A stretch of 63,137 bases of DNA, filler included, from Octopus bimaculoides (taxonomy: Eukaryota): the NCBI RefSeq assembly GCF_001194135.2. It is 6 parts of 6 records of this genome, joined end to end, with 100 filler letters (N's around TTAATTAATTAA, not from the genome) between each part and the next. Parts side by side here need not be neighbours in the genome. Positions count along the whole stretch, not along the records: positions 50,616 to 61,858 come from NC_068984.1; positions 61,959 to 63,137 come from NC_068985.1; 4 more parts are not named here. One strand, 5' to 3'. Position 1 is the first letter of the stretch; every line of letters begins with the position of its first letter. Below the pieces are notes generated by a model. The model had not been told where the DNA came from and did no database searches. It saw only the letters and a list, made by a program, of their open reading frames with translations. A program made the position numbers and the translations under genes. Positions 50,516 to 62,179 of the stretch are shown here, one piece after another.

Positions 50516-51339
50516 NNNNNNNNNNNNNNNNNNNNNNNNNNNNNNNNNNNNNNNNNNNNTTAATTAATTAANNNNNNNNNNNNNNNNNNNNNNNNNNNNN
50601 NNNNNNNNNNNNNNNCCATAAATACATTTATTTGCTATAAAAAAGAAAATTTAAGAAATTGAATTTTTTGCAACCCCACTCTCTGACCCCCGATTATTTC
50701 TGTTTAGAAATTAAAATATTGGAGAGCCTGAGAAGGTCATTGCTAGCATTTATCCACAGTGATTTTTAAAAAAGAGTTACGTAAACGATAATTCATTTTA
50801 GTAGCATACTTTGTTAGAAAATATTTTTTCTTACATACACATACACGACATCGCTTGATTGAGGTGGCGGTAAAAATTTAGATTACAATTTTTGTTGCTG
50901 CTTATAGTCCACGAATGGAGTACGCTTGTGTTACTTCGGCATCGTCATTCCATAAAATGTATTTAATGGGAGAAAAATATTGAAAAAATATCAATTCATG
51001 TGAGAGTAAAAACAGAGGGTGGTTTGGGTTGTGCTAGAAACAACAGTGAAGCCTCCTTTGAATTGTTTACCTTCTTTGAAAATATTTACAATTTTTTTTT
51101 ACCGAAAAGATTCTTCCCGTGGTTTTTAAGTTAAAAAGGAAAATGGCCAAAATTGGACCGGTTAGTTATTATTGTAAGGCTTATAGAGTTCCAAACAACC
51201 ATAACAACAAAATCACTTCTTAATTTTTTTTCCAAAAATTATACTGGTATATTAAAAAAATTTCATTCAATAAATAATGTTTTTACATTACCTATACATT
51301 ATTAGAATATCATTACATTTAGTATGATTGCTATTTGCC

Positions 51340-52760
51340 CTGTATTCAAGAGGTTGAGATGTGATTTAATTTGGGTTGTTTCCTCTTGTACACTAGACGA
51401 CTCAAGTGCACATTTCTTATTAACATTTGTTCTAAGAGCATTACCATTGTTGCATTTACGACGGTTATAATTATTATAAGAATTAGATCACTTTGTTTTT
51501 CCGTTAATTGAAGATATAATCTGGGACAAGTTATTTGATACAGAAAAGTCAACTTTAAAAAACCTAAGGTTAATAATATCATAATATTTATTTTCCTTTG
51601 TAAAGTGTTTAGAAAAAAGTTTGTATAAGGCCCCGACCAAATTATTCTTCATTTGCTTAGCGAATGGAATTATAAACGAAATAATGTCGTTCATATCAGG
51701 AGATGCATCATATTTTTCAAATTTTCGAACCCTATTAAATATATGAGGGGTTTATTTTTTACCCTATTATTCATATTTCTAATCGTATGAGAACAATTAG
51801 AAGAACGAAGTAATGCATTGGTTCTCATATTTCGTATATCGTTTTTCTTATCTGTACATTTAACCTTACTTACCCTATTCTTATTCCTATCCCTAGCAGT
51901 CTGTTTAAAATATTTACTAACACGAGAAACATCCATGTTGTTAGAGATACTGATATTCTTCTTTTTAGGATATTTCAATTTTTGTCTATACCCAGCTTTG
52001 CTGAGTGCCACATTATAACAGCATTTTTGTCAAAAATATCCTACTTAGACGATAGATTAGAAATTATTTTAGAGATATTATAAACCAAAAAATCCTGGGA
52101 TGATTACTTTCGACATTTATATACTTAAGATTGGAGTTAGACTTATGGTATGGTTCGTAGTTGCCAATAATGGAGATTAAGATTAACATCTAGGAAGTTA
52201 ACCGATTCGTGTTCATATTCTATCGATATAGAGAGTTCAAAACTCTTTTAAGATCTGTAAAATTTCTCCTTATATAGTTCCAGTTTCCTATTAGATAGGT
52301 TCTTAATGGTAAAGAAGGCATCATCCCACAAGTTCAGGAAAATCTCTTCCTAAGATGACAATAATATAAATACCAACTAAATCTGTAACTTGGGCAGAAT
52401 ATGTAGAGCTCATAGCTATTCAATGCTATCCCTACTATCTATCTTAGTCCAATACTTGTTCTCAGACTCTACAATAGTTCTTCTGGCAGCTAAAAGAACA
52501 TCAGTCTCATTCATATTTATATTCGAGTTATTTTTCGCGAATAAAAGGGCCTTATTTAAAACTACTTAGTTAATTGAAGAGTAATAGCTATCAATATCTA
52601 TTTGCATTAATTTATTTCTATTTTCATACTTAATGCTATTAAACCAAACTATTACTTGATAGGTATTGGACCAGAGTTGTAACTTAATCCTTTCTTAAAG
52701 ACCCGGTATGTATTTATCTAAAATAGCTTTACTAAGTTTACCTAGGTCAGATTTTCCAAG
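51340..52760 (-). mobile_element. Penelope-like RT, heavily degraded (same type as 12353-15130)
   Basis: Minus-strand frames give LGKLSKAILDKY...WFNSI...QIDIDSYYSSI...LAARRTIV...YINVESNHP...LFSKHF...IISSIN. Confidence 0.75.
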
Positions 52761-52799
52761 CCAAATATATATATATATAAGGTACAGTGTATATTTAAG

Positions 52800-52990
52800 T
52801 ACATTAGAGGAATCCACTCATGGGATTCCTTACGCTAGAAAGAACTGCTAGGTTCTAGAACCACAAAATATGGTAAAAGTTTTTATTTTTCATCTCGTTC
52901 CTTTCGGAATTTTATCCCTAATTTTGTGGTTCTAGAACCTAGCAGTTCTTTCTAGCGTGAGGAATCCCATGAGTGGATTCCTCTTATGTA
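52800..52990. repeat. Hairpin/MITE-like inverted repeat in TA tract
   Basis: 70-bp arms (52800-52869 / 52921-52990) with 2 mismatches and a 51-bp spacer. Confidence 0.9.
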
Positions 52991-53369
52991 TCTAAATATA
53001 TATACATACATATATATATTATTTATATTCTTAAATCTCATATATTTTTACGTGTTTTTTTTTTTGTATTTATGGGCAGATGGGGTTCCTTAGCCATGAT
53101 GAGGACAACCCATGAAGGAGAAGGAAAGTTCTGATATAAAATTAGGTTTGTAGTTAACTGACGGTCCTTTTAGTTGATGTGCGCTATTAGTAACTACTTA
53201 TTCATAGGGCAGTCTGGGCTCCGTAACTTTTAAGCAACCAGACTAGGAGAGGGCCACTCAGTAAAGAAAGAAGCAGGTGTTAGGCTTGCTATTCGGAACG
53301 ACCTGGTAAAACAACTTCAGTCTCTGCCTGTTGTCATTGCGCATCTGCAGTGGAAGGTCAGTTGGTAGG

Positions 53370-53745
53370 CCACTCTTGCGCTTCAAAGACAAACTAAAAG
53401 ACAATCTGAAATGAAGCAACATTTCCTTTTTATTTCCTAGAAAAACAAAACATCAGAACTCGGGACCTGGCAAAATCGACTCCAACATTGGGACCAGCTT
53501 CGTGGAAGCATGAAGGTACGCTGACAAAACATGGCTCCTCTAAATGGAAATCTTACCTGTCATTGTGGTTTTGTGGCACGAAGCAAAGCAGGCCTAGCCA
53601 ACCGCTCAAGAAAACACAAAGTAAATAATCCCCAAGCACTCAAGCAAACTAAGTCTTCAACTTGTTCCATTTGCCAAAAGGTTTGCAAGGCTTCAAGAGA
53701 CGCGTTCGTGTCCATAGAACATGATAATGCTTCATTTTGCTGAAC
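53370..53745 (+). mobile_element. RTE (BovB-like) LINE 3' fragment
   Basis: LRFKDKLKDNLK..., then C-terminal finger-like TCHCGFVARSKAGLANRSRKH and TCSICQKVCK. Confidence 0.55.
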
Positions 53746-54596
53746 ACTCATTTGTAGTTCACGACAAGAGAATCCATCCATCTACATGTGTGTGTGTGCG
53801 TCTGTGCGTCTGTGTGTGTATTACCTATCAGGCATTTCAAACAATAAAGTTTCCAAGTCCATCTTTCTCAAAAATATTTCCAGGCTATCTCAACTTAATC
53901 TCCAGGATACAGAGTATCTTTGACTTCTTTGCTTCCATTTTCATAGTGAGCACATTATTATTATAAAGATTATCCCGCCAGTACGAGGGAAACGTTTGTT
54001 TTAAAATATCTAAAAATTCTTTCGATGACCTGTTACTGTAGTTCAAAATAAGCAACTCAATAATAAACTACTCTATAAAGTTTGTGCGTGTGTGTGTGCC
54101 TGTGTGTGGGCGCGCGCGTGTTTAGTGTTCTTACAATACAAGTCCCAAAACGGATCTTTTCTGTCTGGCGCTAAATTTTTGAAATTTTGAAATTAAATGA
54201 AAATTTTCAAATTCGGTATATTGATGTAATTTTTCACGTTGAATCTGTTGCTGTTATTTACTTGTTTCAGAAAAGTTTTAGAACAATGTTACAGCGGTTT
54301 AAAGTTTGATTATTTTTATCCAATCAGAAAATAAGATTTAGAAGCTGGCAATTTCTGCGTAATAACTTTGATTAAACAAATGGGAGCTATATATTATGAC
54401 ATCGAAAGTTGTAAGAGGTTTTTCATAAGTTTAAATGAATGAAGTCATGTGAAACGATAGAGCAGGAAGAATCGTCAATGTTTTTTTTGTTTTTGTTTTT
54501 TTTGCGAAACATTACAATACGACAAATTGTTCTACTGCAGTTCTGTTCATATAAACAATTAAAAGCGAAAAGTCAAAAACGAAAGTTTGATATACA

Positions 54597-54787
54597 TTAG
54601 AGTTATAGTATGGCTGGGAAGTAGGGTTAGACTTATGGTGTACAGTTAGAGTTTATGGTTGAGCTTCAGAGTAACAATTAGGGTTTAGGATTTAGGGTTT
54701 AGAGCTAGAGTTAGGGTTTAGCGTTAAAGTTTAAGGTTAGAATTAGGGTTTAGGGTTAGACTTAGAGCTTAGGGTTGGCGTTTAGGT
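54597..54787 (+). repeat. Degenerate telomere-like (TTAGGG/TTTAGGG) interstitial array
   Basis: Several exact ttaggg and tttaggg units mixed with ttagag, ttagac and ttatgg variants. Confidence 0.75.
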
Positions 54788-55022
54788 AAATTATAAAAAG
54801 CTATTAATCTTTTTATCGATTAATTTATGGAAAAAATTAGTTTCATCTCCATAATTAACATGCACAACTACATCAATACATCAAATTTGAAATCAATTGT
54901 AACAAAATTGAAGCGATTGAGAAGTAAAGGCCAAACAGAAGAGAACCCACAAAAGTTTTAAATTTTAATCAATAATATAAAGGAAGTTTCGAATAGTCAT
55001 ATCTGCTCATACAGTTGTTTTC

Positions 55023-55796
55023 TTACACATAGTATCTTGCCTTTGTTGAATGTTCCCTTGGTTCAAAGTGAGATATTCTTAATAACTGCTTCATCTGTTC
55101 ATGAACATCTACTATTTCTCTCTCCTTTCCATTATACCCTGTCAGATCTGACAAGTCATCAAGCCATCCGGTGTGGGAGCCAAGGACAACTATTCCCGTA
55201 TAAATAGCCGTTGCCGCTACAAGATTTGGTTTATAGCCAAATTTTACGCTAACAATCTCATCATATAGCGCTAGTTCCAATATATAGTTGGTCATACTAT
55301 ACAAATCGTGATAGGGTTCCAATCTGAGAATAACATGGAAATACGAAAGGAAGACATAAGGAGTAACAAAAAATGTTTTACCTCTGAAACGGTTAAGAAC
55401 CAAAAGATACATTCTACGAAGCTCAGCTAAAGAAGACTCTGGGTCGACTCTGGAAGTCATAGCAACAATTGCAAAACCCTCACGTGTCTTAATATTTTCT
55501 ATCGTATCAAAAGCAATTTTAAGACATATAGCTCCAACACATTGCATTTTTTCGCATGATAACGTCGGTGCCTTTTCAGAAGACAAGAATAAGTCAAATA
55601 ATGCAACTGATAAGTGTACGACATCCATAATACCTTCGAAATGATTTACACATGCTATCATCCAGTTGACCACAATCTTACGATCTTCAGGCTGAAAATT
55701 ATGGCGACCTTCTCGAAAATAATCACGGACTCTCTTCTGTCGTTTTTCTTGATCAAATAGGTTCTCTAAATTTGCAAGACAAGCTGAATATTCCAT
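55023..55796 (-). CDS. Divergent A/B-type cyclin-fold protein, 257 aa, single coding exon
   Basis: Uninterrupted ATG-TAA ORF in a TE-decayed region. Cyclin N box DRKIVVNWM...LSVALFDLFL...MQCVGAICLKIA...RRMYLLVL...TPYVFL. C box YILELALYD...KPNLVAATAIY...W...L...TGY. ATTAAA about 55 nt after the stop. Confidence 0.88.
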   Translation of the reverse strand: MEYSACLANLENLFDQEKRQKRVRDYFREGRHNFQPEDRKIVVNWMIACVNHFEGIMDVVHLSVALFDLFLSSEKAPTLSCEKMQCVGAICLKIAFDTIENIKTREGFAIVAMTSRVDPESSLAELRRMYLLVLNRFRGKTFFVTPYVFLSYFHVILRLEPYHDLYSMTNYILELALYDEIVSVKFGYKPNLVAATAIYTGIVVLGSHTGWLDDLSDLTGYNGKEREIVDVHEQMKQLLRISHFEPREHSTKARYYV

Positions 55797-55905
55797 GGTC
55801 GTTCTTCTGCAAAATTAAACGAAACTTGCTTGTTTAGAAAGTATAGCGAAGTGTGAAGTGGCGAAAACCACAAAAATTTATCAATTGATTACGTCATTCA
55901 AATGT
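55797..55905 (-). promoter_or_regulatory. Possible splice acceptor / proximal promoter of cyclin gene
   Basis: tttaattttgcag sits 10 nt upstream of the ATG. TTTGAA (CHR-like, 55897-55902) abuts TGACGTAA (ATF/CRE-like, 55889-55896). These short motifs are common in AT-rich DNA. Confidence 0.25.
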
Positions 55906-56554
55906 AACAATCATTAAATGTCGTTCTATTTTATTTGAATAATTAAAATCTTNNNNNNNNNNNNNNNNNNNNNNNNNNNNNNNNNNNNNNNNNNNNNAAA
56001 ATAACATGGAGTGTTTTAAATCTATTTAATGCCCAAAACTATTATAATAAAATTGCAAGGCATAACTTTTATGATATTTGGGCCTATAAAATACACAAAT
56101 CATAATTCTAACTTATTTGCAAAGTTTCTCAAATGCAAATGTATGTATTTAATCAACATACATGCATACATACATATATACATACATACATACATACGTA
56201 CATTCATGCATACATACATACATACATACATATACACACACACATGCATACACACACACTCACACGCATACACATTCATATATAAACGAACAAATAGAAA
56301 GTCATACAGGCAGACAGGCAGGTCGACGAACGGACAGGCAGAAAGACCGACAGACAGACAAGAAGTTAGATATAGATATCGATATAAATATATGAATATA
56401 TATTTGTATGGATGTACATATGTAATATGTACGTGTGTGTTTGTGCGTGTGTGTTTTTATGTGTGTATACGTGTTTTCTTTCTATGCATATACATATGCA
56501 TGTGTTTATGTGTGCATTGTGTAAATGTACATATGTGTATATGTGTGCATGTGT

Positions 56555-57610
56555 GCACGAGGAGGATACCGAAAGTAATTGAAAGATAAACGTGACATTT
56601 ATATCACCTGATAGATCGTTTAAATAGTACGTGTTGATAGAGCAACTCTTCGTCTAAGGCAACTCTTCTTCTTGTTCTTCATTGCAGGCAAATAATTGAT
56701 TCCAAGCAGAAATAACATACCGTTATTGAATTCTTGATAGAGAGGGATGCAAGCGGTCCGACATCCATACAAAGCTACTAGTTGCTTACGGAGAGATGAC
56801 GCTATTGACAGAAGTAATGTACGCTAACTGATGAAAATGTTTAAAAAAGAGGAAAACAACATTGAAGACAGACCGCGCACTGGAAAAACATCAACTGCGA
56901 TCATTGACACCATTCACCAGCAACTGGACGAATTAATTCGCTTAGTAAAAGTCACAATTCTTGAACTTCCTGCACTGTTATCAAAATGCATTAGAGAAGA
57001 TGGTGCGAGACTGGGTATCGCAAAGTGTGTGCAAAGTGGGTACATCGATTTGGAGGAGGGATAGGGTAAACGTCTGCTCTGAGCTGTTAGAAACATTTGA
57101 AGACATTTTTTTTTTCCGATCTGATGACAGGGGATGAAACGTGGGCGTATTTTTATTATCTACAAATGAAGACTCGGTCCATGGAATGGCGTTACATGCC
57201 TTCTCCAAGGCTTAAAAAGCTCAATCTAGCGATCAGTACAGGCATGGTGGGGATGACAAAAGCGTTATTTTCCTTGATTTTCTGGAGCGCATTTGTGATT
57301 TAAACAGCGAGCGGTATATTGAGACACTCAGAAAGATTTGAGGAAGTGACCGAACAAGAATCTGAAAACGATTAACATTCACCATGAAAATTCATGGACG
57401 CAAACATCTTTAGCAACAAATCAGGCAATCGGCAAACTGGACTCGTCAGTGACCACTTTTCACCTGAAGATGGATTTGGCGCTCTCCAACTTCCACCTGT
57501 TCAATCGAGAGTACAGTCTTTGAGGAGAATGATTTGATTTGATGACGGAGACGAGATGGGAGTAGTTGCGAAGAAGTGTACACCTGAGCTTTTACAAAGA
57601 TTCGAGACAC
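56555..57610 (+). mobile_element. mariner transposon, degraded
   Basis: ACGAGG..-type end, HTH-like VIEFL..DIH..L..AYGE, EDRPRTGK, MTGDETW, and later fragments similar to the DD34D C-terminus. Confidence 0.75.
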
Positions 57611-57725
57611 ACATACAAACACATGCTTACATATATACACAGATAAATATATATATATNNNNNNNNNNNNNNNNNNNNNNNNNNNNNNNNNNNNNNNNNN
57701 NNNNNNNNNNNNNNNNNNNNNNNNN

Positions 57726-58316
57726 GATATTTTTACATCACCACCCTCCTGTTTCATCCTTTTAAAAAGTTGTTCTATTTTTTCCATATTTATTTCAATG
57801 TTTTCGGTTGCCACTTCGGCAACCGCTGCAAACTTTTTTGTCATGTTATTCTCCTCTTTCTGACTCTCAATGAGTGACTGTTTTCCGGTAACAATTTCAA
57901 TTGGCATTTTCCCTTTACAAATGGGAGACCTATACAATATTATTATTATTATTAAATTTTAAACGAATTGTTCTCCTCTACGCAAGGACACAGAAGGTTC
58001 AAATCCCGCCCCCGCTGGGGGAGGGGCACAAGGGATAGTCTAAAAACGACTATTAACAGTTTGTACAAAAATTTTCACAGATACAAGAAATGCCTCAGTG
58101 GCCAAAAAATGTAACAGTTCTACAATTACTCCCCGGTAAACCGGGAAGTACAAAGTCCAACAAATTTTCCAGCACTTTCCAACAGATAATTCAACCGAAA
58201 ATTCAACAAGTACAACAACAGCAAGGCAATAATGACAGCAAGAAACACTTACCGGGTAACGAACAGAATACGTCCAAACGCAACCTTACCAGAAGTGATG
58301 CAATTGCGCCAAACCA
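57726..58316 (-). mobile_element. Second copy of Tx1-type LINE: 5' UTR and start of ORF1
   Basis: EENNMTKK...IEINMEKIEQLFKRMKQEGGDVKI matches ORF1 at 25060-25200. The 5' UTR blocks are shared with 25204-25617. Confidence 0.85.
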
Positions 58317-58808
58317 GAAGAAAGCTTCTTACCACACAGCCACGCCTTGTGTGCGCGTGTTTGTGTGTGTGTGGCTCAAATGTACAAAAAACAAAATACA
58401 GAAGACAGAGACAAGTGGCTCAACAACAAAGTGTATTAATTTCACGCTCAAGGAAAAATAGAAAAGTCTTTGACACTTAGAACCTCTTGATAAAGCAGGT
58501 CACAAAAACTTAGGATTATTTTTTTTCTTTTTACTCTATTAATATTATATGAACTTTGGCGATATAAGTGAATGATATTTTTATGATATACAGTTAACAT
58601 AACAGATATAATTTCTAACGTTGGCACAAGCCCACATATGTTAGAAGAAGATGCATATGATTGGTATTTCCTTTGTATTTTATCTGTGCCGAATAAAAGA
58701 TGAAAGTCAAAAATCAAACAGAGGTGCATTTGAAATTACTCATAAAATATATAAAGAAATTAGACTATTTTATTTTAGTTTTGAAACATATATTGTATAA
58801 AATTCAAA

Positions 58809-58862
<54 letters not shown>

Positions 58863-58879
58863 TACTTTTAATCTGCATG

Positions 58880-60165
58880 TTTGTTACAGTCACTCGCTGA
58901 GACGCACCCAGTTTCCTGGGGCAGGTGTCGGATAAGAGATGTTATAGTATGACTGAACGCTTGCGGAGGGGAAGTAGTGAAATATCTTCATGTAATACAA
59001 CACAGACATTTAAATGGATAGGGTTTTTCTAAGGGTGTGGGCAGTACTTGTCAGTACAATCTTTTGAATTTTTCTGAAACATGGTTCTCCTGGGATCTTA
59101 TCTAGATGTTCCTGACATCTCTTTTTTCTATCATACCTAGGGCACCTTCAATAACAGGAACAGTTCCCGTTTTAAGATGCCACATCTTTTGTATTTCAAT
59201 TTCCAGGTCCTTATATTTACTTAATTTGTCAAATTCCTTGACAGATACATTTTTAACAGTGGGAACACTTACATCTATCAGTCTACAAGTATTTTCTTCC
59301 TTGTCTTTTATAATTACGTCTGGTCGATTATCCTTGATCGTTATGTCAGTGTTTACTAGAAAATCCCAGAGGGGAGTGATATTTTTACCTTCAATGACTG
59401 GCTCAGGATGTTGTTCATACCAGTAAACAGGAGTGCTGATTTTGTACTGTTTACATATTTTCCTGTGTAAATACTATCCTACCCTATCGTTACGATTTTT
59501 GTATTCGTTTGGNNNNNNNNNNNNNNNNNNNNNNNNNNNNNGTGCTGCTAATATGAAACCTTCAGCTTCTGCTTTCAGTCCTGAACTTCTCAGCCACTGA
59601 TGGGCTATTGCTTGATCTACATCAGCATTTCGACTTCGAAGTATATACTGTCCATGCAGAGGCTTCTGGCTCTACCGCTCCTCAATTTGTTTCTGCCCGT
59701 TCTTTTTTGCAGTCGGTTTGATCCATTTTGCTTGTTTTGTGGCAATGGTTTCAGGTTCTTCAAATATTTAAATATTTCAGAATTAATGCCAAGTTCCTTT
59801 GCGAATATGAAAGCTTCCTTGATAAATAAATTATATTATCTTTGGCAGCTTTCGTGTTTGCACACAAGACGCAGCATCCAGTCCTCTGTACTGGATGTGT
59901 ACCTATTCGTTGGTATTGTGGAGTTCTTTTAGCGCTGTTCGACCTGCATCATCTCACTTCCCCCATTACTTCTAGGTAGGTACAAACGATCAACATCTGC
60001 TTTTGGGTAGTACATGTGCTTAGGAATTAGTAGTTTTCTTGTCTTCCTGTCCAGGCGTTGGAGCTCTGTAAGATTCCAGTTAATGATGTTAAAACTATAT
60101 TGGACTACTGGAAGTGCCAGAGTGTTAATAGCTTCGATGTGATTTTTATAGTTGAGTTCAGTTTT
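58880..60165 (-). mobile_element. R4/Dong-type LINE 3' half, flanked by (TAA)n on both sides
   Basis: EAINTLALPVVQYSF..W...L.RLDRKTRK...DRLYLPRSNGG; aggactgaaagcagaagctgaaggtttcatattagcagc (GLKAEAEGFILAA); GTVPVIEGALG. Confidence 0.85.
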
Positions 60166-60183
60166 GTTGTTATTATTGTTATG

Positions 60184-60278
<95 letters not shown>

Positions 60279-60299
60279 CATCATTATTATTATACACAA

Positions 60300-60900
60300 C
60301 AAATTAAACTGTTGGAAAAGAAAAATGCCTGACATTGGGCTACAACAAGTAATTTTAAATGCCAAGAACCCTCCTAAGTATCATAGCTGTCCCTAATAGC
60401 ACTGTTGCCTGGAACTGTGCTAAACTGGGTTGTATGCTTATTTCCTCTATCCATCTGTTCAAATCTTTAGGGATAGTTCCTAATGCACCTCCAACTATTT
60501 GGATACATTTACCCACACTTTCCATTTGCCTCTGTAATTCAATGGCTAGGTTCTGGTACTTTGCTATTTTTTCTATACTTCTCATATTGATTTTTTTCGT
60601 CATTTGGTAAGGTTCATTATCTGACACTTCCTCTTCTCTTTACTACTACTAAATCAGGCCTTCTAGCTTATATTACTCTATTAGTCTGAACGTTAAAGTC
60701 ACACAACATCTTATATATCTTACTTTCTAGCACTCTCCTAGGTTCATGTTCATACCATTTATGAGTGCGGTCATATCCTAGCTTTCTACACAACTCCCAG
60801 TGGATTACTCTCCCTATGTTGTCATATCTTCTCTTGTATTTTTTCTGTGCTACATTCACTTACTATATGAGTAGCACTTTCATCTTTTGATATGCATAGC
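60300..60900 (-). mobile_element. R4/Dong-type LINE 3' fragment upstream of (TAA)n
   Basis: YKRRYDNIGRVIHWELC...HKWYEHEP...EKIAKYQNLAIEL...VGGALGTIP..LLGTAMILRRVL. Confidence 0.85.
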
Positions 60901-61205
60901 CTTCTTTGGGAATCTAGTTGGCTTTTGCCTATCTTGGCTTTTATCCAATTAGTCCTTACAATACTTGTTGAGCACTGGCTTCGATGTGATTGATGATAAC
61001 CCCCCCCCCCCCAAAAAAAANNNNNNNNNNNNNNNNNNNNNNNNNNNNNNNNNNNNNNNNNNNNNNNNNNNNNNNNNNNNNNNNNNNNNNNNNNNNNNNN
61101 NNNNNNNNNNNNNNNNNNNNNNNNNNNNNNNNNNNNNNNNNNNNNNNNNNNNNNNNNNNNNNNNNNNNNNNNNNNNNNNNNNNNNNNNNNNNNNNNNNNN
61201 NNNNN

Positions 61206-61858
61206 CCCATAGTGAGGAAGGATTATTTTTATTCAGTAGTCTTATTTTTATCATGTGATTTCACTTCACTACTGAGCGCAGCTCTGTGTGCCTTGGATAT
61301 GGGCTGTGGTTCGTTGTGGTGCTCTTATTTTCACCGTATTGAAAGTGTTTTACGTAAGATGTGTGCCTAACAGTGCTATATTCTGAATTTTATACCTACT
61401 TGTAAGTCCTGGTGTTTTTGTTAATTAGAAGGTATTTTTTCTTGGCGATCTCTGACAACTATATCAGGCCTATTAGCCTTGGTTTCTCTATCTGTGTGTA
61501 TTGGCATATCCCAAAGTATGGTGGCTTTCTCAATTTCTGCGTCTTTTTCTGGGGTGTGCCTATACCATCTTTTTCTCTGTTGCTATTCCATAGTTATTGT
61601 TATTCTAAGCCTTAAACTAATGAGTAAGTAGAAAGGTCATTCCATTGTGTTGGCATAGCTTCCAGTGTATATAGGTCCCAATTCTGTCGGGTGTGTAAAT
61701 ATATTCTTTCTTAGCCAGGACTGGGCACTCAGAAACAATATGATTATTTCTTCTTTATCACCACATATTCTGCAGTTACTTGTATTTTTTTTTTTTCATT
61801 ATGTGTTTTTGGTAGATTTCTGGTGGGAAGGCTTTGATCTTGTGCTGCAATTAAAGAT
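61206..61858 (-). mobile_element. R4/Dong-type LINE fragments, rearranged
   Basis: 61206-61430 is homologous to 50196-50420. TILWDMPIHTDRE on the minus strand near 61480-61530. Confidence 0.65.
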
Positions 61859-61958
61859 NNNNNNNNNNNNNNNNNNNNNNNNNNNNNNNNNNNNNNNNNN
61901 NNTTAATTAATTAANNNNNNNNNNNNNNNNNNNNNNNNNNNNNNNNNNNNNNNNNNNN

Positions 61959-62160
61959 CCGGGCGAAATGCTGAGCGGTATTTCGTCTGCCGCTACGTTC
62001 TGAGTCCAAATTCCGCCGAGGTCAACTTTGCCTTTCATCCTTTCGGGGTCGATCAAATAAGTACCAGTTACGCACTGGGGTCGGTATAATCGACTTAATC
62101 CCTTTGTCTGTCCTTGTTTGTCCCCTCTGTGTGTAGCCCCTTGTGGGTAGTAAAGAAATA
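61959..62160 (+). mobile_element. SINE family A, tailed subfamily
   Basis: Family-A core plus tail ttgtttgtcccctctgtgtgtagccccttgtgggtagtaaagaaata. Confidence 0.85.
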
Positions 62161-62179
62161 ACACACACAGAACAAAAAT

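Noticed and set aside
53900-56000. Endogenous herpesvirus-like locus (viral cyclin plus telomeric repeats)
   Set aside because: No other viral-type ORF is present and the flanks are ordinary host TEs. It is kept only as a remote hypothesis under the TTAGGG finding.
57996-58007. Perfect B-box GGTTCAAATCCC antisense in the Tx1 5' UTR
   Set aside because: It is degenerate in the other copy (ttttaaatccc) and has no matching A box, so it is likely chance.
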